DNA of 30,010 nucleotides, taken from IMG/VR virus record IMGVR_UViG_3300050160_000054, positions 1 to 30,010 of that record. One strand, 5' to 3'. Source of the DNA: a virus (taxonomy: Duplodnaviria > Caudoviricetes). Position 1 is the stretch's first letter; each line of letters starts with the position of its first letter. Positions 16,720 to 24,637 of the stretch are shown piece after piece. The translations under genes were made by a program, and so were the position numbers. The notes under the pieces were generated by a model that did not search any database, was not told where the DNA came from, and saw only the letters and a program-made list of their open reading frames with translations.

Positions 16720-16762
16720 GTCCTTCAATCCTTTAATTCTTTGAACTGAGCCACACCAAGCC

Positions 16763-17125
16763 ATGGCTTTGCACACCGAACTTCCCATTTACCGCACAGG
16801 CGTGCGCCTGCTTGACTTTGCCGTCAAAGCACAAGTGCAGATGCCACGCACCGTGAAACGCGCACTGGGCGAAAAAATCACCCAGCACTGCGTTGAAATG
16901 CTGGACCTGATGGCCTTGGCCAATGCCACCCAGCGCGATGTGCGCGCCGGGCATATCGACCAGCTACTGACCCGTCAGCGCGCCATGACTGTGCTGCTGC
17001 GTGTCAGCCACGATGCCCGGTACATATCGCCGAAGCTGTGGGCAGACTCCATTGAGTTGCTGGGAAGCATCGGCAAGCAGGCTGGTGGCTGGCTCAAGAC
17101 TGCGAACAGGGCGCCTGCTGTATGA
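16763..17125 (+). CDS. avd: DGR accessory variability determinant (four-helix bundle)
   Basis: ELPIYR...PRTVKRALGEKI...IGKQAGGWLK; located between the targets and TR/RT. Confidence 0.9.
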   Translation: MALHTELPIYRTGVRLLDFAVKAQVQMPRTVKRALGEKITQHCVEMLDLMALANATQRDVRAGHIDQLLTRQRAMTVLLRVSHDARYISPKLWADSIELLGSIGKQAGGWLKTANRAPAV

Positions 17126-18480
17126 CGGTCAAGGCCCTCATGCCCGTGCGCATAGTGAATCTGGTCGCGCCGCTGGCCCACAAGGCCACCAACATGCACA
17201 CCACGGATACCGCTGCCACTGCGCAGGCTGCGTCCAGTGCAGCCGCCCCACTGATCGGCGCGAGCCTTCGGTCGGCCGGCCTAAATAGCGCGATAGGTAC
17301 GCCTCTTACGCCTGGAATTGCAACTTCAACAACGGCAACCAGAACAACAACCACAAGAGCTACGAAGGCTCGGCTGTTGCCGTCCGCAGATCCACACCTG
17401 TTCCAGCAACTGGTGCAGGCCTACCTCGACTGCCGACGCACCAAGCGCAATAGCGCCAGTGCGCTGGCTTTTGAGGCACAGGCTGAGCACAACCTTTTCC
17501 AACTCTACGAAGAGCTGGCATCCGGCACCTACCAGCCCGGCGGCTCGGTGTGCTTTGTTATCACCCACCCTAAGCCACGCGAGGTGTGGGCAGCACGCTT
17601 CCGCGATCGCATCGTGCATCACCTGCTCTACAACCACATTGCGCCGCGCTTTCATGCGCGATTTGTGGCCGACATTTGCGCCTGCATTCCAGGGCGTGGC
17701 ACGCTGTACGCCGCCAACCGGCTGGAGCACCAGGTGCGCAGCTACACGGCTAACTGGAGCCAGCCGGCGCACTATCTCAAGTGTGATTTGGCGAACTTCT
17801 TTGTCTCGATCAACAAAGCGGTGCTGCTGGAGCAGCTGCAGCGCCAGGTGCCAGAGCCATGGTGGATAGCACTGGCCGAAGTAGTCCTGATGCACGACCC
17901 ACGCCACAACGTGGAAGTACGCGGAACCCGCAGCGAATTGGCACTGGTGCCCCACCATAAGAGCCTATTCAATGCCCCGGATGGCCACGGCCTACCCATT
18001 GGGAACCTGAGCAGCCAGTTCTTTGCCAACGTGCTGCTGGACGATCTGGACCAGTTCATCAAACACCAACTGCGCGCACCGACCTATGTGCGCTATGTGG
18101 ATGACTTCGTGATGCTGCACACCAGCCCGCAATGGCTCAATGCTGCGCGCCAGCGCATCGAGGCCAAACTGGAAACCTTGAGCTTGCAACTCAACCCACG
18201 CAAGACAATTTTGCAACCGGTAGCGCGTGGTATTGACTTTGTTGGACACATCATCAAACCACACCGCCGGATCACGCGCCGCAAGACCGTGCGCACTATG
18301 CTGGATCGCCTGCAGGACATGCCAGCAGCCGACCTGCACCAATCCGCCAACAGCTATTTCGGGCTGTTGCGCCAAGCCACACACAGCCACCACGACCGCA
18401 CCCGGGTTGCCAAGCTCATGCTGCAGCGCGGCCATGTGGTGGCGGGGGACATGACCAAGATTTACAGGAAGCACACGTGA
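17122..18480 (+). CDS. DGR reverse transcriptase
   Basis: PKPREVWAARFRDRIVHH, LKCDLANFF, GLPIGNLSSQFFAN (DGR-type SQ), YVRYVDDF, GIDFVG. Start uncertain; the conserved core begins ~17398. Confidence 0.95.
   Translation: MTVKALMPVRIVNLVAPLAHKATNMHTTDTAATAQAASSAAAPLIGASLRSAGLNSAIGTPLTPGIATSTTATRTTTTRATKARLLPSADPHLFQQLVQAYLDCRRTKRNSASALAFEAQAEHNLFQLYEELASGTYQPGGSVCFVITHPKPREVWAARFRDRIVHHLLYNHIAPRFHARFVADICACIPGRGTLYAANRLEHQVRSYTANWSQPAHYLKCDLANFFVSINKAVLLEQLQRQVPEPWWIALAEVVLMHDPRHNVEVRGTRSELALVPHHKSLFNAPDGHGLPIGNLSSQFFANVLLDDLDQFIKHQLRAPTYVRYVDDFVMLHTSPQWLNAARQRIEAKLETLSLQLNPRKTILQPVARGIDFVGHIIKPHRRITRRKTVRTMLDRLQDMPAADLHQSANSYFGLLRQATHSHHDRTRVAKLMLQRGHVVAGDMTKIYRKHT
17299..17387 (+). repeat. 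DGR template repeat (TR)
   Basis: ACGCCTCTTACGCCTGGAATTGCAACTTCAACAACGGCAACCAGAACAACAACCACAAGAGCTACGAAGGCTCGGCTGTTGCCGTCCGC; 26 adenines, 8 AAY codons in the target frame. Confidence 0.95.
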
Positions 18481-19385
18481 AAGCAATTGATCTATTTGCC
18501 GGTGCTGGTGGCTTTTCCACTGGCGCCATCATGGCCGGCGTGCAAGTTGTCTGGGCTGCCAACCACTGGCCAGCTGCTGTGCAAGTGCATGCAAACAACC
18601 ACCCGGACACCATTCACCTCTGCCAAGACCTTCAGCAGGCCGACTGGAGCCAAGTGCCTGAGCATGATCTATTGATGGCGTCGCCGGCCTGCCAAGGCCA
18701 CAGCCGCGCCCGGGGCAAGGAACGCGCTCACCATGACGCACAACGCTCCACAGCATGGGCAGTAGTGTCTGCCGCCGAGTTTCACCGGCCCAAGGCATTG
18801 CTGGTAGAGAACGTGCCCGAGTTTGGCAAGTGGGAACTTTTCCCCGCCTGGTGCTCTGCGATGGGTGCACTGGGTTACGCCCTGTCGCCCATGATTCTGG
18901 ATGCAGCTGACCATGGCGTGGCGCAGCACCGCCGCCGCTTGTTCATTGTGGGCACCCGCAGCAAGCACCCCGTGGCGCTGGATCTGCCCCGCCGTGCACA
19001 CGTTGGCTCTTCCCAAATCATCGACTTTGAGGCCGGCCGCTGGTCTGCCGTCAACAAGCAAGGGCGCAGCCTGTCCACTTTGGCGCGCATCACCGAAGGC
19101 CGCAAGGCCCACGGCGAGCGCTTCCTGACTGCCTATTACGGCAACGAGCAGGGAGGCCGAAGCCTGAGCCGCCCCGTGGGGACCATCACCACCCGTGACC
19201 GCTGGGCCGTCATCGATGGTGACCGCATGCGGATGCTGTCAGTGGATGAATGCCGCAAGGCTATGGGCTTCCCCGCTGAGTACCAACTCCCTACCCGCGC
19301 CAAAGACGCCATGCACATGCTGGGTAACGCAGTTGTGCCAGTGGTTGCGCGGGATGTGATCGAAGCACTGAAGGCAGCCGCATGA
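18477..19385 (+). CDS. C5 cytosine DNA methyltransferase (orphan)
   Basis: DLFAGAGG, SPACQGHS, VENVPE, QHRRRLF and LGNAV motifs. Confidence 0.92.
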   Translation: MKAIDLFAGAGGFSTGAIMAGVQVVWAANHWPAAVQVHANNHPDTIHLCQDLQQADWSQVPEHDLLMASPACQGHSRARGKERAHHDAQRSTAWAVVSAAEFHRPKALLVENVPEFGKWELFPAWCSAMGALGYALSPMILDAADHGVAQHRRRLFIVGTRSKHPVALDLPRRAHVGSSQIIDFEAGRWSAVNKQGRSLSTLARITEGRKAHGERFLTAYYGNEQGGRSLSRPVGTITTRDRWAVIDGDRMRMLSVDECRKAMGFPAEYQLPTRAKDAMHMLGNAVVPVVARDVIEALKAAA

Positions 19386-19936
19386 CCCCCCTCCAACGCA
19401 TTAAAAGCCGTTGCCGGGTGGACAGCATCACCGGCTGCTGGATCTGGACCGGTGCCAACAGCAAAAGCAATGGGGGCACCACCGTGCAGCCGCGGATCCA
19501 CAGCGAGGACTACACCCGCGACGCCAGCGGCAAAACCAAGGCCGTGCAATCCGGCAACCGTGCAGCGTGGCATGCCTTCACCGGCAAGCCCATTCCGGCT
19601 GGACACCGAGTTTTCAAGACTGCCTGCTGCACCGATGGGATGTGCGTCAACCCCGCGCACCTGCAGTGCGGCACCACCACCGAGTGGGGCAGCAGTTTGA
19701 CCAGCAAGGGTATCTGGAAGGGTCAAGCCACCCGCATTCGCGCCAACCGCGCCATCGGCCGTACGCGCTCGCACGTCACACCGGCCATGGCCGCTGAGAT
19801 TCTGAAAAGCAATGAAACCGGCTTGCAGCTCTCTGCCCGCCTGCAGATCGGTGACAGCGTGGTCAGCCGGGTGCGCCGGGGCCAGCTGCCATCCATCCAC
19901 CAAATTAACAACCCATTTGCAGGACTCATGTCATGA
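19382..19936 (+). CDS. His-Me finger (HNH-like) protein with C-terminal HTH-like segment
   Basis: GCWIWTG...CCTDGMCVNPAHL...LSARLQIGDSVVSRVRRG; catalytic His not clearly retained. Confidence 0.65.
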   Translation: MTPLQRIKSRCRVDSITGCWIWTGANSKSNGGTTVQPRIHSEDYTRDASGKTKAVQSGNRAAWHAFTGKPIPAGHRVFKTACCTDGMCVNPAHLQCGTTTEWGSSLTSKGIWKGQATRIRANRAIGRTRSHVTPAMAAEILKSNETGLQLSARLQIGDSVVSRVRRGQLPSIHQINNPFAGLMS

Positions 19937-20409
19937 GAAAGACCAGCACCTTCGCCCGCAAGCGCAGAGCAGGCCACGGCCACCACGCCAACCCCATTGC
20001 AGCTTTCAGCCTGCTCGACCAGGCGCGCCCGTTTGATGAAAACGACAGCCTGCAGCACCTGATTGACGACCACCAGGCGGCGTACACCCGCCTGTGCACC
20101 GGACAGGGCAGCCACGAGGACTTTGACAACGTGAGCATGAAACTCAATGTGGGCCTAGTCCGCGCCGAAGACATTGACCCCCTGTTGGTTGCCACCATGA
20201 ATCTGGGCATTGGCGCCATGGTGCGCATGCAGCAGCGTGTGATGCGCGGCCTGTCTTTCGGGTTTGACGCTGACGGCCTGCGCGATGTGCCCTATGCACT
20301 GGAAGCCTATGAGGCCATTCTGGTCAAGAGCAGCCCGCTCCAGATGAAGCTGGCCATTCAGGAAGCATGGCGCCGGGTGACCGGTGGTGATGTGTTGGAG
20401 GTGCATTGA
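19933..20409 (+). CDS. Phage hypothetical protein
   Basis: 158-aa ORF, ATGA-coupled within the operon. Confidence 0.7.
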   Translation: MRKTSTFARKRRAGHGHHANPIAAFSLLDQARPFDENDSLQHLIDDHQAAYTRLCTGQGSHEDFDNVSMKLNVGLVRAEDIDPLLVATMNLGIGAMVRMQQRVMRGLSFGFDADGLRDVPYALEAYEAILVKSSPLQMKLAIQEAWRRVTGGDVLEVH

Positions 20410-20410
20410 T

Positions 20411-20887
20411 ATGAGCCAAGGAGCCGAAATGACACTGATTGAACAATTACGTGCTATTGCATGGCAGGACGAAGCACATAGCTCTGATCTATATGACAAA
20501 GCCGCCGATGCCATTCAAGCGCTGCAAGCAGAGAACGAGCGCATTGAGTCTGAGTTAAATGCCGCAGTTGCAAACTGGTCGAGCATGGAGACGTCCCTTG
20601 TAGATTGGCGCAACAAATGCCGCAAAGCAGAAGCCGAGCGTGACGCCCTTGCTGCAAAGCTGGTGCCGCTGACGGATGAGCACATCAAAGCCGCACACAT
20701 TTGCCACCAAGCTGGGCGTGTATCGGTGTCTATGGTTCAGCGCAAACTGGCTACAGGCTACAACCGCGCACAGCAACTTGTCACTGAAATAGTTTCCGCT
20801 CGACTTGTTGATGGGCTTGAAGTTGCGGGACTGCCGAATAGCGCTCACGGAATCCAAGCCAAGGGAGGCCAGCATGAAGATGCCTGA
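20411..20887 (+). CDS. Coiled-coil protein with FtsK-gamma-like domain
   Basis: Coiled-coil N-terminus, then GRVSVSMVQRKLATGYNRAQQLV; start at 20411 or 20429. Confidence 0.7.
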   Translation: MSQGAEMTLIEQLRAIAWQDEAHSSDLYDKAADAIQALQAENERIESELNAAVANWSSMETSLVDWRNKCRKAEAERDALAAKLVPLTDEHIKAAHICHQAGRVSVSMVQRKLATGYNRAQQLVTEIVSARLVDGLEVAGLPNSAHGIQAKGGQHEDA

Positions 20888-21137
20888 GCCGGTGGCAGAA
20901 GTGCGCGAGAGCCGACCGGTGAATACCAATGGCGACACGGTGAGGGCGGCATTTCTTTTCGATACCAGACAGGCCAGACTGCTATTCAAGCAGACCGGCA
21001 TTCCACACCATGTGGATCACATCATCCCGTTGACTGGGAAACGGGTCAGCGGATTGCATGTGCACAATAATTTGCAGGTCATCCCAGCACGTGAGAACCT
21101 GCGCAAACACAACCACTTCGAGGTTTCGCATGAGTGA
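20874..21137 (+). CDS. Short HNH-domain protein, possibly chimeric
   Basis: GGAGG RBS; HHVDHIIPLTGKRVSGLHVHNNLQVIPARENLRKHN. Confidence 0.7.
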   Translation: MKMPEPVAEVRESRPVNTNGDTVRAAFLFDTRQARLLFKQTGIPHHVDHIIPLTGKRVSGLHVHNNLQVIPARENLRKHNHFEVSHE

Positions 21138-21399
21138 ATTAACCCGCCAGCAACTCTGTGCTGCGCTGGGCATCAGCGAGAGCACGGTCCGGCGTCTGGA
21201 GGTCGATGGTCTACCATTCACCCCCGTGGGTGTCAGGGCGAAGCGTTACGACCTGGCCGAGTGCAAGGCATGGCTTAAGGCAAATCAATGTCAATCTGGG
21301 AAGACAAACAAGGGCGTAAGCACGTCGGCATTATGGTCGGCGGGCAAAGAATTCACCGCATCCTACCGGAAGGCACAACTGCGCGTGATGCCAAGCTGA
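21130..21399 (+). CDS. xis: Excisionase-like wHTH protein
   Basis: LTRQQLCAALGISESTVRRLEVDGLP...RYDLAECKAWL; overlaps the 5' end of int. Confidence 0.75.
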   Translation: MSELTRQQLCAALGISESTVRRLEVDGLPFTPVGVRAKRYDLAECKAWLKANQCQSGKTNKGVSTSALWSAGKEFTASYRKAQLRVMPS

Positions 21400-22331
21400 T
21401 TGAGGCCGAGTTACGCTCGGCTGTCGTCAAGTCACCCAAAGCGGTGAACATCCCCGGCGATCCACCCATGACCGCCATCCTCGCGATCTACGTCGCCCAC
21501 GCCAAGAGCCTCAGAAGTTCCGACACCTCAGAGCACCACGCTAACCGGCTGGGGCCATGGGCTGAAAAGTACCGAGCCAGTCAGGCCCGAGAGTTTGCCG
21601 CCCACGTGATCAAGGACATGAGCAAGCTAATTCCCGACGAAAAGACCGGCAAGAAAAAACCCGCCTACGCTGCGGCCACCATCAACCGAAGCCTAGCCAC
21701 CGCCAAGAAGGGTTTGGCCTTGGCATGGGATCAGAACCTGACGCCCGAGAACTACGGCCTGCGTATCAAGGGCGTGGCAGTGAACAACAAGCGGGAGATA
21801 TTCCTGAATGTGGAGCAGGTCCGAACAATCACCTCCCATTGTTCGGAGCAGGCGCAGGCCGCTATCTGGGCTGCACTCCTGACCGGTGCCCGCCGTGGCG
21901 AACTATTCCAGATCAGGGCAGAGCACATCCTCGAAGACGTGATCGTCATCCCCGCCAGCCATACCAAGACCCAGCGCAGCCGCATGGTTCCCATCATCCC
22001 CGCCCTGCGTCCATGGCTGGCTCACTTCCCGCTGACTATTACTGTGGACGGCGTGAAGAGTGCATGGAGACGCGCCAGGGTGGAGGCCGGCATGCCTGAC
22101 GTGAATTTCCATGATCTGCGCCACAGCTGCGCCAGCATCCTCTTGGGTCTGGGTGTCGATCTGTACACCATCGGGGAAATCCTTGGGCACAGCAACGTGC
22201 AAACCACCAAGCGTTATGCACATTTGCAGATCGAGCAGCAACGCGCAGCCCTGAATAAGCTGAGCGCCTTGGTATTGCCAGAGGAAAAACAAAAAACCCG
22301 CACCACCAAGAAGGCAGTGCGGGTTGCTTGA
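21288..22331 (+). CDS. int: Tyrosine integrase
   Basis: TGARRGE, HTKT, FHDLRHSCAS, LGHSNVQTTKRY catalytic residues. Confidence 0.95.
   Translation: MSIWEDKQGRKHVGIMVGGQRIHRILPEGTTARDAKLIEAELRSAVVKSPKAVNIPGDPPMTAILAIYVAHAKSLRSSDTSEHHANRLGPWAEKYRASQAREFAAHVIKDMSKLIPDEKTGKKKPAYAAATINRSLATAKKGLALAWDQNLTPENYGLRIKGVAVNNKREIFLNVEQVRTITSHCSEQAQAAIWAALLTGARRGELFQIRAEHILEDVIVIPASHTKTQRSRMVPIIPALRPWLAHFPLTITVDGVKSAWRRARVEAGMPDVNFHDLRHSCASILLGLGVDLYTIGEILGHSNVQTTKRYAHLQIEQQRAALNKLSALVLPEEKQKTRTTKKAVRVA
22285..22325 (-). terminator. Rho-independent terminator embedded in the int 3' end
   Basis: Minus strand AACCCGCACTGCC-TTCTT-GGTGGTGCGGGTT stem (two G-U pairs) followed by TTTTGTTTTT. Confidence 0.7.
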
Positions 22332-22549
22332 TTACACCGAGGATTACACAGGGTTGCCTGTGTGCTACTGTTTTAGTAGCTAGAAACCCTTGATTTCTAT
22401 TGGTGGGCGATACATGGATCGAACATGTGACCCCTGCAGTGTGAATGCTATTGAACGCCAAAACCTCCGGCACTTCCCCTTTGATACCGATCTGCTGACG
22501 CCGTGGAATGCGTGCCGATCGGCAGGAAATTACACCGGGATTTACACAG
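22331..22549. other. attP: tRNA-Val(CAC) 3'-half core (22401-22448, minus strand) flanked by arm-type repeats
   Basis: Minus strand GCA-TTCACAC-TGCAG-GGGTC-ACATG-TTCGATC-CATGT-ATCGCCC-ACCA with no 5' half; repeats ATTACACCGAGGATTACACAG (22331-22351) and ATTACACCGGGATTTACACAG (22529-22549). Confidence 0.88.
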
Positions 22550-22551
22550 AC

Positions 22552-22764
22552 TCACGGAACCCCAGCAGCCCTTCGGCATGCGTAATAAATCCCCGAGACC
22601 TCTACCAGTTTGGACGTTGTAGCGCCAAAGCTGTCATCACTTAGGGGGGTGAGCTTGGGGCAGTTCGCCACTATCAGCGGGGACGGTTCCGCCGTTGAGG
22701 GCTTGATTGGCAAGGCGCAGGCCGTCAGGAGAATGGCGGCAATCAGCATAGATAACTTTTTCAC
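22552..22764 (-). CDS. o-spanin lipoprotein (Rz1-like)
   Basis: GTG start, KKLSMLIAAILLTAC lipobox; overlaps the Rz-like gene in another frame. Confidence 0.8.
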   Translation of the reverse strand: MKKLSMLIAAILLTACALPIKPSTAEPSPLIVANCPKLTPLSDDSFGATTSKLVEVSGIYYACRRAAGVP

Positions 22765-22981
22765 GGGTTTCCCTTTCCACAGCGTTCTGAATGGTGGTGA
22801 ACTTTGGCTTGATGTTGGCGATGGCTTGGGCGGCTGCATTGTTCGCAGCGTCCACCGCTTCGGCTATGTGCTCACGCTCTCGGGACTGGGCGGCAATCTC
22901 GTGATCCGATCCCAGCTTGAAGCCTCCGGCCCCAGCTCCTGCAAGGGCCAGCAGGAAAACGATGATCAGGTATGGGTTCAT
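22637..22981 (-). CDS. i-spanin (Rz-like)
   Basis: N-terminal TM helix, helical periplasmic part with Cys; follows the endolysin. Confidence 0.8.
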   Translation of the reverse strand: MNPYLIIVFLLALAGAGAGGFKLGSDHEIAAQSREREHIAEAVDAANNAAAQAIANIKPKFTTIQNAVERETREKVIYADCRHSPDGLRLANQALNGGTVPADSGELPQAHPPK

Positions 22982-23412
22982 GGGTTCTTCACCTCCAGCA
23001 TGACGGTGCGGCCTTCAGAGATTGCTTGCCGGACCACCTCCTTCACCAGAGCCACGGCGGGCCGGCTGGTGCCCCCCATGATTCCCGTGGGGGTGACTTG
23101 CATCCCGAGCAGCGGGCAGCCTTCAGTGTCGGCCTCGGTGTTTCCTGCGTGCATCCGTACCCCTGTGAATCCTGGCACTGCGTTCACGGTCAGGGTGTCC
23201 AGACCAAAGCGCGGTGAGTTCTCCAAGGTGATGCGGTAAGAGCCTGCAGGGATCGCTGTTTTCCCGTGCACCTTCCAGTTCCCCACAGGTTGGCCGGGCA
23301 CTTCCCGCACGGCGTCCTCCAGTGTGTAGCAGAGGCGGTGCCCATCCTCGGCTTCCAGTTTCCCGAAGGTGCGGGTGGGCGTGAGTTCGTAGCGGGTCAG
23401 GGTCAGCTTCAT
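22978..23412 (-). CDS. Putative endolysin (DUF5675-like)
   Basis: TFGKL...CYTLED...TAIPAGSY...GVRMHAGNTEADTEGCPLLG; located between holin candidates and spanins. Confidence 0.8.
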   Translation of the reverse strand: MKLTLTRYELTPTRTFGKLEAEDGHRLCYTLEDAVREVPGQPVGNWKVHGKTAIPAGSYRITLENSPRFGLDTLTVNAVPGFTGVRMHAGNTEADTEGCPLLGMQVTPTGIMGGTSRPAVALVKEVVRQAISEGRTVMLEVKNP

Positions 23413-23648
23413 GATGCGCTCCGGCTGTCGAAATAGAACTTGATTGCGGCGGCCTGCAGAGCCATGTAGGGCCCAGTCACTGCGGCAATGATTGCGGCGA
23501 TCTCCAGCCCGGGCTTGTCTGCGTGGGCGGTAGCGAATGCCATAGCCCAGCTGGTCAGAATCTTGGTGCCGTACAGCACGACGATAGACACCACGTGCTT
23601 ATCGATGTCACGCTGGTCGATCCAATCCCAGATGCGCGTGAAGTTCAT
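23409..23648 (-). CDS. Holin/antiholin-like membrane protein (2 TM)
   Basis: MNFTRIWDW...two hydrophobic segments; ATGA-coupled to the endolysin. Confidence 0.65.
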   Translation of the reverse strand: MNFTRIWDWIDQRDIDKHVVSIVVLYGTKILTSWAMAFATAHADKPGLEIAAIIAAVTGPYMALQAAAIKFYFDSRSAS

Positions 23649-23824
23649 GGGACTGGCGGACCCCTTCGGGTCGTCCATTCTTTGTGCAGGCGGAAGGCGA
23701 TCTGGATCACCACCCAGATGGTCGACACGATGTAGAACATGTCCTGCCAAGTTACCAAGCCGGTAACGCTGGTGAATAGCACCGTGGCCGGTGGGATGCT
23801 GGCGATCTTCTCCGCCGCTGACAT
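23645..23824 (-). CDS. Holin-like small membrane protein
   Basis: MSAAEKIASIPPATVLF...WQDMFYIVSTIWVVIQIAFRLHKEW; basic tail. Confidence 0.65.
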   Translation of the reverse strand: MSAAEKIASIPPATVLFTSVTGLVTWQDMFYIVSTIWVVIQIAFRLHKEWTTRRGPPVP

Positions 23825-23835
23825 TGCGTGATCGC

Positions 23836-23928
23836 TCACTTGAAAATCTCCCAGAGCATGAAGCCCGTAAATCCCCAAAAGACACAGAGGCTCAGGGCCA
23901 TGCCGGTGTAAAACTGTTTTCTAGTCAT
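23836..23928 (-). CDS. 30-aa single-TM peptide
   Basis: MTRKQFYTGMALSLCVFWGFTGFMLWEIFK; ATGA overlap with the upstream stop. Confidence 0.45.
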   Translation of the reverse strand: MTRKQFYTGMALSLCVFWGFTGFMLWEIFK

Positions 23929-24218
23929 AGCGCCATGGCCTTGATGTGCTTCCCTGTTGGGGATATTTCGTTGATTTCGTGAGCTATGGCAGCAGCGAGC
24001 AACCAGCGTGGGTGTTTGTGTTCGGAGACGATGCGCTCTAAGGTGTGGGAGATCGTCCATTCACCACGCTTGGGCCAGCCGAAGACCAGCGCCCAAGTCG
24101 TATGTGCAATGAACACATCGAGGAACCACGCAGGAATGACCGCCCAGCAGTGCCACCACTTGCCACCCTCTACGCATTGCAGGGCAGGCTTCAGGAGGAC
24201 GAGGAATAGGAAGATCAC
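23925..24218 (-). CDS. Hydrophobic hypothetical protein between tail and lysis genes
   Basis: GTG start overlapping the upstream TGA; IFLFLVLLKPAL...EWTISHTLER. Confidence 0.6.
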   Translation of the reverse strand: MIFLFLVLLKPALQCVEGGKWWHCWAVIPAWFLDVFIAHTTWALVFGWPKRGEWTISHTLERIVSEHKHPRWLLAAAIAHEINEISPTGKHIKAMAL

Positions 24219-24628
24219 GCATCCACCTGTGCAAAAGCTGTAGCAAGCGATGGCGCTGCACTGATCGCGTTGTAAGCAATGGCCTGATACCGATTGAACA
24301 AATCCAGCTCCACAGCATCGGGGTCTGTGGGCAAGTCTTTGGTGATGTCCAGCAATGCCTCGGATGCAATGTCGCAGGCAGCAGCAAGTTCGGTATCGCC
24401 CTTGCGCTGTGCGCGCCCAGCTATGCCAGCCAAGCGATCTAGCACTTGCTCTCGCAGGACGCGCACGGCCTGCTTCTTGGCCTCGATGATCGCGGAAGGG
24501 TCCGGCTGCACACGCTTGCTCTCGCAAAGAGCAGAGAACTCAGCCTCGTCAATTTCAATCCATGAATCATCCGGCGCAACATCAGCGCGGATGGTGTCGT
24601 TTTGCTGATTTTTGAAAATCTGTGTCAT
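24215..24628 (-). CDS. Tail fibre assembly-like protein
   Basis: WIEIDEAEF...ALLDIT pattern; follows the tail fibre gene. Confidence 0.6.
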   Translation of the reverse strand: MTQIFKNQQNDTIRADVAPDDSWIEIDEAEFSALCESKRVQPDPSAIIEAKKQAVRVLREQVLDRLAGIAGRAQRKGDTELAAACDIASEALLDITKDLPTDPDAVELDLFNRYQAIAYNAISAAPSLATAFAQVDA

Positions 24629-24637
24629 GAGTAGGCC

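Noticed and set aside
17122-18480. Group II intron, retron or Abi RT
   Set aside because: The SQ motif, adjacent avd and adenine-specific TR/VR pairs identify a DGR.
18477-19936. Restriction-modification pair (methyltransferase plus HNH-like neighbour)
   Set aside because: Orphan methyltransferases and HNH-like genes are common in phage early regions, and the neighbour's active site looks degenerate; no evidence of a cognate pair.
22401-22475. Complete tRNA-Val gene
   Set aside because: Only the anticodon loop to CCA is present; no D-arm or 5' acceptor strand.
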